Source of the DNA: an uncultured Planctomycetia bacterium
GTDB lineage: Bacteria > Omnitrophota > Gorgyraeia > Duberdicusellales > 4484-171
DNA: 64,000 nt
Direction of reading: 5' to 3'
Assembly: GCA_964629655.1 (NCBI GenBank)
Contig: CAZVQU010000001.1
Coordinates: 20,788-84,787, forward strand
Positions 10,949 through 20,336 of this stretch are shown here, piece by piece. The notes beneath the pieces were generated by a model, which was not told where the DNA came from, did no database searches, and was given only the letters and a program-made list of their open reading frames with translations. Position numbers and translations under genes: made by a program. Positions within the stretch are counted from its first letter, which is position 1, and the number at the start of each line of letters is the position of its first letter.

Positions 10949-11677
10949 TTAATCCTTACCCCTAACCTTTTTAGTTGTTGCTTTTTTAAGTTCTTTCTCA
11001 TTATAAACTTTGTGGTATCTCCCTTCTCTATACCTAATGAGTTCTTCTTTTACTTTAACTTTGCCTATTCCATGAGCAAACCAAGCTGTTTCTTTAACAA
11101 TTAGAGTATCTCTGGATGTTGAAAATACCCATAAAAAATCAATTTTTAAGCATTTATCGAATTTTCCCGCTGGGACAACCACATCTTCAACACCCTTAAG
11201 TTTAGCCTTTGTCTCAACTGTTCCTGCATCTATTAACTTATTCTTGGCTGTGTAAACTTGTATCGATGCAGAAACACTATGTTCCCGATTCGATTGTAAG
11301 CCGTTAGGGAAAAAAAGTAGCGGAGGGGAAAATACAAGATATCTGTTCTCTTCTACCATTTGATCTAAACTGATTCCTGAATTACTAAGACTATAGTAAA
11401 AAATCGGTTTTTTATTTCGGTCGGGTTCATAAAGATACATTTCTTTTTTACCTAGCAACTTCCTAGACTTAATGCAGCTTAGGGAGTCAACAGAGTCTGT
11501 CTTTGCTTCCTGGGAAAATCCCTCTTCAACCACATACCCTTGATATGCCCAGCTATTTCCTACAATTAGCGGGAAATATTCTGATATATCATAAGGCGCT
11601 TGCGCATTTAAATATACATTGCTTAAAAGAATAATAACGCAACTAAAAAGAATGGTTAAAGTTAATCTTTTTACCAT
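10949..11677 (-). CDS. Secreted beta-rich protein (DUF3108-like)
   Basis: Signal peptide; YFPLIVGNSWAY, EDVVVPAGKFDKCL, WFAHGIGKVK. Paralog of 8030..8761. Confidence 0.7.
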   Translation of the reverse strand: MVKRLTLTILFSCVIILLSNVYLNAQAPYDISEYFPLIVGNSWAYQGYVVEEGFSQEAKTDSVDSLSCIKSRKLLGKKEMYLYEPDRNKKPIFYYSLSNSGISLDQMVEENRYLVFSPPLLFFPNGLQSNREHSVSASIQVYTAKNKLIDAGTVETKAKLKGVEDVVVPAGKFDKCLKIDFLWVFSTSRDTLIVKETAWFAHGIGKVKVKEELIRYREGRYHKVYNEKELKKATTKKVRGKD

Positions 11678-12471
11678 TACTCATCTCCCTTTTCTCTTAA
11701 TAAAACCATCGCCGCTCCAATAGCTGCAGTAAATTGTGGATATTGCAATATCTTTATATCTCTCATAAATTCTTCTGTTAATGAATACAAAAGCCCTTTA
11801 TTTTGCGCGGGCCCTCCGTCTAAATAGATCTCTTCTTCAACATCTAAACTTCGCATTAAATCGGATAGCCTTCTTGCTATAGACTGATGCAATCCGGTTA
11901 TAATGTCACCTTTATTTACTTTTGCATACAAAAGGGATACTATCTCGCTTTCAACAAAAACAACGCATGTGCTATTAATGGTAACTTTTGACTGGCCTAT
12001 ATTTCCTAAATTTCCCAAATCAGAAACAGAAACACTTAATATATGCGCCGCTTTTTCCAAAAATCTGCCGGTCCCGGCTGCGCATTTGTCGTTCATTTTA
12101 AAATCCACAATTTTACCATCAGAAGAGATCTTAATAACTTTAATATCTTGCCCTCCTACATTGACAACTGTCCTTGCTGTTCCATTACTTAAATGATAAG
12201 CCCCCACGCCGATTGCTGTAATTTCGTCTACAACTCTCTCTCTATCGGGAAAAATACGTTTACCGTAACCAGTAGTAGCCACTCCTAAAATTTTTTCCTT
12301 TGACAAAGAGAGTTCTCCTAACCCCTTCATTAAAAGATTCTTTGATACCTTAGTGCTTTCAAAGGTAGCAGGAGCAACTTTTGACCAAAGCAATCTTCTC
12401 TTTTCATCAATAAAAACAACTTTAATTGCGGCTGTGCCCAAATCAACTCCTGCAGCTACCATTTCCCTCAC
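11677..12471 (-). CDS. ASKHA [4Fe-4S] ATPase activase (HgdC/BcrAD/DCCP-R type)
   Basis: GVDLGT, TTGYG, NVGGQDIK, MNDKCAAGTGRFLE, STCVVF. Confidence 0.93.
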   Translation of the reverse strand: MREMVAAGVDLGTAAIKVVFIDEKRRLLWSKVAPATFESTKVSKNLLMKGLGELSLSKEKILGVATTGYGKRIFPDRERVVDEITAIGVGAYHLSNGTARTVVNVGGQDIKVIKISSDGKIVDFKMNDKCAAGTGRFLEKAAHILSVSVSDLGNLGNIGQSKVTINSTCVVFVESEIVSLLYAKVNKGDIITGLHQSIARRLSDLMRSLDVEEEIYLDGGPAQNKGLLYSLTEEFMRDIKILQYPQFTAAIGAAMVLLREKGDE

Positions 12472-12482
12472 CCACCTTTTTA

Positions 12483-13709
12483 TTAAAGTGTTTCTTTAAA
12501 CGCCTCTAGCCTTGCTAAAATATTTTCCCTGTCTTCTTTCGAATAGTCTGTCTCAATTTTTATAAAACGAAAACCTTTTTCTTTTATTATCTTCTCATAG
12601 CTAAAGCTTTCTATATCGAACGGGTGGCAGCCTTTAAAAACATGGTAAACCACTCCTTTTATATCCTGTTCCTGCATTATTTCCAAAATGTTCTTCGCTC
12701 TATGTTCATTTTCAATAAACGTAGGGCAAGTACAGCTAAGTTGATATCTCTCTGCGATTGCTCTAAGAAGCTCATACTCTGAAGTATCATCATAAACTAC
12801 GCTGCCAAAAAGTCTCTCCGAAGTACACAAATCATCAGCGGCAATAAACATACCCACTTCCTCAATCAGCTCAGAAATCTTTAACTGAGGAAAGAATAAA
12901 GGCGAACCAAGAAGAAATATTCGAGGCTTTGTATTGCAACATAAATTATTATAGGCGCTACAGAATTCGTTTATCTTTTTTGTCCATGCCCCTGCATCAT
13001 CGAGCATAAAGGCATTGGCCAGAATTATGCTTTCTGTTCCAGAAATCAAGCCCTTACGCCTCATTTCAAGTAATTTTTCAAAGGCTTCCCAAGCTAACAT
13101 ATATTTATGGATTGAATTTAACAACTTTCTCTTATCAAGTCGCCTATTGGCACGTCTCTCTAAATATCGCTTTAATTCATATGTTTCTTCCAGCCATCTT
13201 TTCTGACTCTTTTGCGCTTCTTTAACATGAGGTAGCTCCATTATGTAAAAGTTGTAGTTTTCTTTACCCACCATCCCTGGCAGTTTAACTCTCCAGTCGC
13301 AAGATGTCGGAGTAATTAGCATCTCACATAACCCTTCTAATGATTGCTCACAATGAAACGCGCTTAAGGCAGACTTAATAAGAGGGCACGCCAAAACCGG
13401 CAAAGAAGATGATGAAAGCTTCTGTATAGCTAATGATCCACAGCACAATCGTATAGGGTGGAAACCTAGGGCATCGAGTAATTCCACTGGTACTGTATTG
13501 CAATATGTACCAACCACAGGTCTATCGAATCTTTCTTTTAATCTTTGAGGATAAGCAGCGAGTGAAAGGGTGTCAAGAAAATATTCAAATTCCTTAGAAA
13601 AAGTGCCTTTCTCTTTAAAAAAAACAATCTCTCGATTATACTCCTCAGCCATTTCCCTTTTAACCCGCTCTTGCATCCTTCGATTTAAATCACCGGGTAA
13701 ATTTAACAT
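12483..13709 (-). CDS. 2-hydroxyacyl-CoA dehydratase family / double-cubane cluster protein (DCCP)-like
   Basis: GTYC, RLCCG, CPLIKS, TSCDW, DDLCT, SCTCP, GCHPF, IETDYS..RLEAF; adjacent to the activase. Confidence 0.88.
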   Translation of the reverse strand: MLNLPGDLNRRMQERVKREMAEEYNREIVFFKEKGTFSKEFEYFLDTLSLAAYPQRLKERFDRPVVGTYCNTVPVELLDALGFHPIRLCCGSLAIQKLSSSSLPVLACPLIKSALSAFHCEQSLEGLCEMLITPTSCDWRVKLPGMVGKENYNFYIMELPHVKEAQKSQKRWLEETYELKRYLERRANRRLDKRKLLNSIHKYMLAWEAFEKLLEMRRKGLISGTESIILANAFMLDDAGAWTKKINEFCSAYNNLCCNTKPRIFLLGSPLFFPQLKISELIEEVGMFIAADDLCTSERLFGSVVYDDTSEYELLRAIAERYQLSCTCPTFIENEHRAKNILEIMQEQDIKGVVYHVFKGCHPFDIESFSYEKIIKEKGFRFIKIETDYSKEDRENILARLEAFKETL

Positions 13710-13752
13710 TGCTACTTATTTCTCCTTTTAAACCATTCAAAAAAATATTTTT
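13692..13752. repeat. 61-bp direct repeat copy 1 (copy 2 at 15043..15103, 1 mismatch)
   Basis: accgggtaaatttaacattgctacttatttctc(c/t)ttttaaaccattcaaaaaaatattttt, compared by eye. Confidence 0.95.
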
Positions 13753-13777
13753 GTGAATACCTTAATACAAACATTCT

Positions 13778-14938
13778 TTATTCCGCTAAATGATAGTTCT
13801 TTCCAAGATACTCGGCTAAGTATTCTCCAATAACTCGATGGCTGAATTCATTTAAGTGAGTATCTATTTCAAAAAATAATGAATTAAAACTCGAAGCTCG
13901 ATCTAAAATAGTAACTAAATCTAGATGGGAAATATTCAGAGTGTGGCAGAAATTAACAATATATTCCTCTAACTCCTTCTTGCTATATTCCACCACTAAA
14001 AGTGGTACTTTGTGGCTATCACAAAGCTCTTTATATTGTTTAAGGAGAAGGAATATTAATTTCTGGAAATATTTTTTTTTATATTTTTTTCGCTCTTGCA
14101 CTATAGACTGCTGTTTCTCGGAAATACCCTTCCACCGTTCCTTATCTCTTTCTTCCAAGCTCATCTTGACCCTCTTATGAAATATACTATAATTCAATAG
14201 AGACAATAACCTGCTTTTTCCAAAAATAGCCCCTTTGGCCCATTTGCCTGCGTTTTTTAGAGATACTTTAAGTGCATCATTATTTTTTTGGCTACCCAAT
14301 GCATCTTTAACAAAATCTACATCTTGCAATATGAGCTTAGTTTCATCTTCGTTAAGAACAAATCTCGGTTTGAATGCACCCCAGGGAGTTATAAAATCGC
14401 TGCTTCGCTCAAGAAAATAATCAGATACAAATAATACGACTAAATCTGGATTATATCTAAATCCATCTTTTTTTAGCTGCAATAGTGACTGGCCAATCCC
14501 GAATCCCGAAATTCCCATATTTACCACTTCTACATGTTCCAAAGATTGCTCGATTATGTCCGTAAAGCGCTGGCCATAATTTATACCCCACCCAAGCACA
14601 GTGGATTCACCTAAGGCAATTATCCTGAATTCTTGGGCAGGCTTCTGGAAAGGAATCTCTTTATCTCTTATACCTTGAGAATTTATAGAATAAACAACAT
14701 CGAAATCTGAAGTAATAACGCGGTCTTTCACATAAGGCTTTAATTTCCACCCCAGGTATTTATCAAACCTTGGTGCGCTATGGTAATGTCTCAACATAGA
14801 TTCCATATATTCTATTTTTTCATCTAATTTCGTTCTCTTTATGTATCTATCAGCGGCTACTTCTGCAATTACAGCACCTATAAATAATCCTGCGATTACA
14901 AGGAGTACCTTACGGAAAGATTGTTTTGCCTTCACCAC
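13778..14938 (-). CDS. SGNH/GDSL hydrolase-family protein, membrane anchored
   Basis: INSQGIRD, LGESTVLGWG, NMGISGFG, DTHLN; N-terminal TM. Confidence 0.85.
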   Translation of the reverse strand: MVKAKQSFRKVLLVIAGLFIGAVIAEVAADRYIKRTKLDEKIEYMESMLRHYHSAPRFDKYLGWKLKPYVKDRVITSDFDVVYSINSQGIRDKEIPFQKPAQEFRIIALGESTVLGWGINYGQRFTDIIEQSLEHVEVVNMGISGFGIGQSLLQLKKDGFRYNPDLVVLFVSDYFLERSSDFITPWGAFKPRFVLNEDETKLILQDVDFVKDALGSQKNNDALKVSLKNAGKWAKGAIFGKSRLLSLLNYSIFHKRVKMSLEERDKERWKGISEKQQSIVQERKKYKKKYFQKLIFLLLKQYKELCDSHKVPLLVVEYSKKELEEYIVNFCHTLNISHLDLVTILDRASSFNSLFFEIDTHLNEFSHRVIGEYLAEYLGKNYHLAE

Positions 14939-15060
14939 TATGCACCCATATCGATTTTTTTAAAATACAATAGTAAAACACTGTTAAGCAAATAATAAAA
15001 CCCTTCTTTCTTAACCTTTTTCTGTATTTTTCTTTTCATTCTACCGGGTAAATTTAACAT
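14938..15060 (-). pseudogene. 5' remnant of a dehydratase/DCCP-like gene (40-codon ORF)
   Basis: MLNLPGRMKRKIQKKVKKEG.. aligns with MLNLPGDLNRRMQERVKREM, the start of 12483..13709, then stops. Confidence 0.65.
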
Positions 15061-15103
15061 TGCTACTTATTTCTCTTTTTAAACCATTCAAAAAAATATT
15101 TTT
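15043..15103. repeat. 61-bp direct repeat copy 2
   Basis: Matches 13692..13752. Spans the 3' end of the 4Fe-4S gene plus the MLNLPG start. Confidence 0.95.
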
Positions 15104-16043
15104 TTGAAGAGGAAAAGATGTTTTTTCTCAAAAATTTAAGAGACAGCGTTTTATTTTGGGAGCATGCCTCTATACATTTTAGACAAAGAATGCAACCGTC
15201 TTCAGTGACATTGTCTTTTTTTTTCTCTAAATAAACTTCTTTTATATCCATTGGGCACACCCGCCAACAATTCCCACAACTTGTGCAAGAGTTTATTTTC
15301 TTCTTAAGTTGTAAGAAGCTTGCCTTGTTGAATACATCAATAAGAACGCCGACTGGACATAAGATACAAAAAAAGCGTTCTCGAAAAACTATTCCTACAA
15401 AAACTGCTCCTGCAATAACCGATGTAGCTATGCTTGTCCAAAATCTCCCTAAACCAACAGTAAAATCGACTCCTATATTCAAAGGATTCCCCTCAAACAA
15501 AGGAAGAAATGTCTTGACAGGGCATATACGGCAATAAATCGGGTCGAGTTCTCTAACTCCACATGCCAAAAGCACATAAATACTTAGGAAGCTTAAAAGT
15601 AGTACATATTTAAGAATGTTTAGGCCACTTTTTGTTTTCTCGGAAAATTGTGTTTCCCTTACAGAGAGCTTCTTTCTTGCAAAAGTGACTCCATCTTGAA
15701 GTGTTCCAAACGGACATATCCATCCGCACCAAATTTTATTGAAAATAAGAACCACTAAAAAGAAACCTAAAAACAAACGCAAATATGCCCCTGCCCATCC
15801 CCACATAACGGTGTATCCGGGAAAAGGCAGCATCCCTCTCTCCTCCTCCTGAGGATCCATCCTTATCCCATATTGAGAGCGCTGCAAAGGCAATAAATAG
15901 CAGCCACTGCCATGATAACTGTCATTATTAAGACATTGAGTGCCGGGCAAAAAATTATTAAATCGCAAGCCAATATAGCCTCCGTAGATTAAAAGCAGAA
16001 AACATAAAATTTGAATTAGGTAACGAAATCTATAAACTTTCAT
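15063..16043 (-). CDS. Membrane 4Fe-4S binding protein (NapH/MauN-like)
   Basis: WCGWICPFG, FCILCPVG, CTSCGNCWRVCP, CILCLKCIEAC; TM helices. Confidence 0.9.
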   Translation of the reverse strand: MKVYRFRYLIQILCFLLLIYGGYIGLRFNNFLPGTQCLNNDSYHGSGCYLLPLQRSQYGIRMDPQEEERGMLPFPGYTVMWGWAGAYLRLFLGFFLVVLIFNKIWCGWICPFGTLQDGVTFARKKLSVRETQFSEKTKSGLNILKYVLLLSFLSIYVLLACGVRELDPIYCRICPVKTFLPLFEGNPLNIGVDFTVGLGRFWTSIATSVIAGAVFVGIVFRERFFCILCPVGVLIDVFNKASFLQLKKKINSCTSCGNCWRVCPMDIKEVYLEKKKDNVTEDGCILCLKCIEACSQNKTLSLKFLRKNIFSSSKKYFFEWFKKRNK

Positions 16044-16924
16044 TATAACTTAAATCTCTTTCTTGTTACGATGGCAACGAGGGATACGATAACCAGCGAA
16101 GACATAAAAATGCTAACACCTAATCTTAAGTTTATGTCTCTACCCCTTGTTGCAATATGTTCTGAGTGTTTAAATGAAATAGTATAAGAACCTTTAAAAA
16201 TGGAGTCGCCTAAAACACGTTCAACTATGATTAAATCCTGTCTCCGTTCCTTATCTCCCTGTGGAATATAAGAAAAACTATCCACTACGCCCGTCTCTAC
16301 TTGTTGGTTTTTTCCGTTATCGCCGATTATATTTATATTTTTACAATCGAAAGGGATTTTATCAAAATTTACCGAGAACCCTATTGGATAACCTAATCTT
16401 CGGTAAAAAGTATTATCCTCCTTTGCTCGTTCCCTGTGAATATTTATTTCCAATTGCCTTTTAAAAGGGTTATTTAAAGTATTTCCCTTTGCATTATTCA
16501 AGATTGAGTCGTTGCCAAGAATAAAGAAAGACGTCTTAGCAAGATAATTATACTCTAATCCCCGCTCTGATTTAGCCATCTTTACCAAGACAGCACACCA
16601 GCGTTCCCTATCTGAATTAACTCTAATGCGGGCCCTTTTCTCTCCTTTTACAATATTTAATTTGTAAAAAATATCTTCTCCTCTTTTATTTTTTTCTCCA
16701 AAAGTATAAGCGGCTTCAATATTATCTAATCCCTCAATGCTTTTCTTTCTATCGGGGAATTGTCCATAACAAACAAAGAGATGTTGTGTCGCCATATCAC
16801 TTTTATTCCCTGCCTCATCATCATACTCTAGCCAAATGTAATCGTCCTTAGAAAAATCGGCATAGGCTATGCTGGCACTTAAATAGAGAGGTAAAACTAT
16901 GAAAATAAATAAAATATTTTTCAT
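16043..16924 (-). CDS. Exported hypothetical protein with C-terminal membrane anchor
   Basis: Signal peptide, C-terminal TM followed by a basic tail; translationally coupled to both neighbours. Confidence 0.75.
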   Translation of the reverse strand: MKNILFIFIVLPLYLSASIAYADFSKDDYIWLEYDDEAGNKSDMATQHLFVCYGQFPDRKKSIEGLDNIEAAYTFGEKNKRGEDIFYKLNIVKGEKRARIRVNSDRERWCAVLVKMAKSERGLEYNYLAKTSFFILGNDSILNNAKGNTLNNPFKRQLEINIHRERAKEDNTFYRRLGYPIGFSVNFDKIPFDCKNINIIGDNGKNQQVETGVVDSFSYIPQGDKERRQDLIIVERVLGDSIFKGSYTISFKHSEHIATRGRDINLRLGVSIFMSSLVIVSLVAIVTRKRFKL

Positions 16925-19161
16925 TTTTTAGCAACTATTTCTTTGAGTTCGAGAACCTCAACAAAAGAATTATTGTAACGATTCATAATATTTTTTTCTT
17001 CAGGTATCATATATTCTGTATTCATAAAAGGAATATGTGTGTGGATAGTCTTAACATGGCCTATTTTTGCAGCAATCCAAAAATTATAAATATGCATAAG
17101 CTTACCCTTCCCAAGCTCATCTTTATAAACATGCCTTGCTAAGAAATGAAGACATTTGAATTTTCCTGCCTCAACAGTTATTTCTTCTTTACCTATAAAT
17201 GAAATTTCTGCCTCTATTTTTTCCTTACCAATAAGTTTGCCGTCGTAATCAAAAATCGATTGAATAGTAGAAAATGTAATGTCTTCTTTAAGTTTCGAGG
17301 GTATTAACAAAAGTGGTGGGGAAAACTCTCTAATTACTTTTAACGGGACTTCTCCTACCAGATGCTTATTTCTGTAAAACATTACTCCTTGAGAAGTTAG
17401 TTTTCTTGTCTGGATTCTATCGTTATATTCCCCCTGGAAGAGCAAGTCGAATTGTTTTCCGGATTCCATTTGCTGAACATTCTTGATACTTACGGTTACT
17501 ATATTGCTTCTGTTATCCTCAAGATGACTATATACATATTCAACATCTTCATCCAAAGGAAAATATTCAAAAACAGAGTAGGCATCTTTTGACATTGACC
17601 CCTCTATGAAATGTAATGCTTCTTCGTTTCCATTTTGTGTATAGTCTTTTTTCAACAATAGCCACCCGTCTTCAAAGGCAACAACGCCATAGCTATCCTG
17701 TATTATAGCATGTTTTAATTTCGAATAATACTTTGTTTCGCTTAAATTGTAATAAGAATGAGTATATAAATCGACAAATATGTAATCCCATTCGTAGTAT
17801 TTCTCTATAACATGTTTATCAAATAGCCCAAAATACTTGCACCTGCCTAAATGCGGTACCAAAAATTCTGGAGCTAGACAACTTGCCTGATCAGGAATCA
17901 TTTTTAGAAACTTATGCCCAATCCGGGCATGTTTAGTTAACTTATAATCTTTGAAACTAAAGCCCTGGGTAAATGGTAAAGGCCCTAAGTTTTCAGAAAA
18001 ATTACTTTTTGGCTGAACATAGTAATGCTGAAGCAAGACTGGGACCAAGATAAACGTGGCTAATAGATTATGAAGTAACTTTCTGCTATTTTTATATTTA
18101 AAAAAAGCTTTATCTATAAAATCGATAATCCTTCCCGCCCCATATATGGCACCTGCAAAGACAAAAGCCAAGATTAAGAAATGTCCTGAGGAATGTTGGT
18201 TTCTAAGGAGAATATAGCCCGCCTCGGCAATAACTGGTAGAAGATACAGAGGGCTAAAGAAAACAAAGATATTAGGCAAACGAGAAAAAATGTAAATTAA
18301 CATATTGCCCTCATTGAACATATTCTTCATAATCAATATGGGATGGAACAAGGCATATCGCAAAGCATCAATTAGGCTATCTCCATACTGTACAAAATGG
18401 ACCATGCCTACCGGAAAAGGCCTGTTAATTAGCTTAAGGTAAACAGAACATGCGGTTATTGCAATTATCAACCAGATAAGGCTAATTTTTAATATCGCTT
18501 TTCCGTATCTTTTTCTCTCTTTAGAAAAAAGAAGAATTATACCTAAAACTAGAGTCATCAGCACAGCATCAATTTTAGATAGATTGGCCAAAATAATAAA
18601 AATAATGAATTTCTTAAAATCTCCCTTTTCGAGATAATAAAAAGCGAACAAGAGAAATGGTAAAGCTAAAGCAAGGGGTATGTATCCAAGCACTGCGCCT
18701 GTGGTTACGATTGGATGCAACAAATATGCAAGAGAGAATGTAACTGCCAGATAAGCACTATCCAGGCGTTTTTTTGTAAGTAGATACACGGGTAAAGCCC
18801 CGCTTGCTAAAAAAACGCTCTGAAAAACAAGCAATGCCTCCGGCCGGGGAAAAAGCCTATAAATAAAGGCAAGGAGGTAATTGAGGGGACTGGAGAAAAT
18901 AAGTACAGCACTATACTCCGGCAATCTAAGAACATCAAAAGGACTAACTCCTGCAGCCAATTTTGGGTATATATGTGTATATGCCCAGCCAAAGCTAGTT
19001 TGAGAAAAACTTCCAAATTTAAAAATATTAATAAGAGAAAAAAATATGATAAATATCCCAGAAGCTATAAGCACTATAGCTAATCCGAAATTACCTATTT
19101 TTTTATGATGGCTTGAAATAACCATGCTGAAGCGCAGTAATATCTTCTTACCTATTCTCAA
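16921..19161 (-). CDS. DUF2079-like (GT-C-like) membrane protein fused to a C-terminal DUF3108-like domain
   Basis: P..LLVFQSVFLASGALPVY, YLLHP, DYIFVD; C-terminal YFPL..EEITVEAGKFKC..WIAAKIGHVK (16921..17595). Confidence 0.75.
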   Translation of the reverse strand: MRIGKKILLRFSMVISSHHKKIGNFGLAIVLIASGIFIIFFSLINIFKFGSFSQTSFGWAYTHIYPKLAAGVSPFDVLRLPEYSAVLIFSSPLNYLLAFIYRLFPRPEALLVFQSVFLASGALPVYLLTKKRLDSAYLAVTFSLAYLLHPIVTTGAVLGYIPLALALPFLLFAFYYLEKGDFKKFIIFIILANLSKIDAVLMTLVLGIILLFSKERKRYGKAILKISLIWLIIAITACSVYLKLINRPFPVGMVHFVQYGDSLIDALRYALFHPILIMKNMFNEGNMLIYIFSRLPNIFVFFSPLYLLPVIAEAGYILLRNQHSSGHFLILAFVFAGAIYGAGRIIDFIDKAFFKYKNSRKLLHNLLATFILVPVLLQHYYVQPKSNFSENLGPLPFTQGFSFKDYKLTKHARIGHKFLKMIPDQASCLAPEFLVPHLGRCKYFGLFDKHVIEKYYEWDYIFVDLYTHSYYNLSETKYYSKLKHAIIQDSYGVVAFEDGWLLLKKDYTQNGNEEALHFIEGSMSKDAYSVFEYFPLDEDVEYVYSHLEDNRSNIVTVSIKNVQQMESGKQFDLLFQGEYNDRIQTRKLTSQGVMFYRNKHLVGEVPLKVIREFSPPLLLIPSKLKEDITFSTIQSIFDYDGKLIGKEKIEAEISFIGKEEITVEAGKFKCLHFLARHVYKDELGKGKLMHIYNFWIAAKIGHVKTIHTHIPFMNTEYMIPEEKNIMNRYNNSFVEVLELKEIVAKK
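17641..18888. repeat. 1248-bp direct repeat copy 1 (copy 2 at 22971..24218)
   Basis: Constant offset of 5330 bp; no differences seen by eye; translated segments identical. Confidence 0.95.
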
Positions 19162-20336
19162 TATTTGAATATTTCTCCGGAAATAATTTCTTCTATAAAC
19201 TTATTATAATTATTAGCATTTTTTTGCTTGTACTCAGAATTTATTTTGACAGCTTTTTCTGCTATTTTTCTACAATAATTGCAATCTTCGCAGGATTTAT
19301 AACGGCATTTTTCATTAAAAAAATGTTCTATAAAACCGTCTAATTTTGTGTTATCTATGCATACACCCACATCCGTCAGCATATTTTTCCTATTAATCAG
19401 CTTAAAAATATTTACAGTAAAAGGGTGGAAGAAATGTTTAAACTTATGAAAGAGATTTGGCTTTTGAAGCCAAAGGCTTTTTGAGGAATTAATAAATAAA
19501 TCGTATAAATTGCCTCTATACTCTCTCTTTAAATAGGCACCCACAATAAACGCAATGGCTTCCGTAGTCATATGCCTATCTACAACTTTAAATCTTTCTA
19601 TACCTATACTCTCATAAACAGAAATATCTTCCGGTCTTATCCATGTTGCACGAATAAAATTTGCCGGTTCGGCAATCATCATGTTTCTGCACATAAACCG
19701 ACAATAATCAAACATAAAGCTGCCCAGCTTGCCCGAAGTTTGGGAAGCATGCGAAGTAATATTATTGTGATAAAAAAAGAAAGGACAGTCTTGAATACAA
19801 TCATCATTCACAATAAGCTGCAATTCACATCTTACATTTTCCTTAATGCTCTTTAATAACTTAAAATCGCGCGTTAATTGAGTCTGAGGTAAAGTTATTG
19901 TTGAAGCGCCTAGCTCTTCCCAAAATTTTGCTTTCATTACAGAATTGACATGGGCAAAACAAGAAACTGAAAGTTCAAAATGCGAATAATGCTTTTTTAC
20001 CAACTGGGCGAGATAAGGGGTTGCTGCCACAACTCCGTCTACCTTAATCTCAGATAACCAATTTAACAGCCTATGCAATTTTTTCTGACCAGCCCTGGTG
20101 AACTCCTGACCCCCCATGCAAGATGTATTTAAGAGGTAATAAAACTTCAAACCGCTTTTGTGGATTTCGGATATATGTCTTTTTGCTTTCTTTTTTGTTA
20201 CTTTCAAGGATATACATGACGGCCTTCCTCCACCTGCAAAATCTCTATCCAGTTTCCCATAGACTGTATCTACGTTTGGTTTCTTTATCTTTTCAATCAA
20301 ATCACTCTGCCAGTTTGTAGGAACGGTCAATTTCAT
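19158..20336 (-). CDS. U32-family (Fe-S hydroxylase-like) protein
   Basis: GGGRP, YLLNTSC, SVSCFA, DDCIQDCP, YCRFMC, WIRPED, FKVVDR. Confidence 0.88.
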   Translation of the reverse strand: MKLTVPTNWQSDLIEKIKKPNVDTVYGKLDRDFAGGGRPSCISLKVTKKKAKRHISEIHKSGLKFYYLLNTSCMGGQEFTRAGQKKLHRLLNWLSEIKVDGVVAATPYLAQLVKKHYSHFELSVSCFAHVNSVMKAKFWEELGASTITLPQTQLTRDFKLLKSIKENVRCELQLIVNDDCIQDCPFFFYHNNITSHASQTSGKLGSFMFDYCRFMCRNMMIAEPANFIRATWIRPEDISVYESIGIERFKVVDRHMTTEAIAFIVGAYLKREYRGNLYDLFINSSKSLWLQKPNLFHKFKHFFHPFTVNIFKLINRKNMLTDVGVCIDNTKLDGFIEHFFNEKCRYKSCEDCNYCRKIAEKAVKINSEYKQKNANNYNKFIEEIISGEIFKY

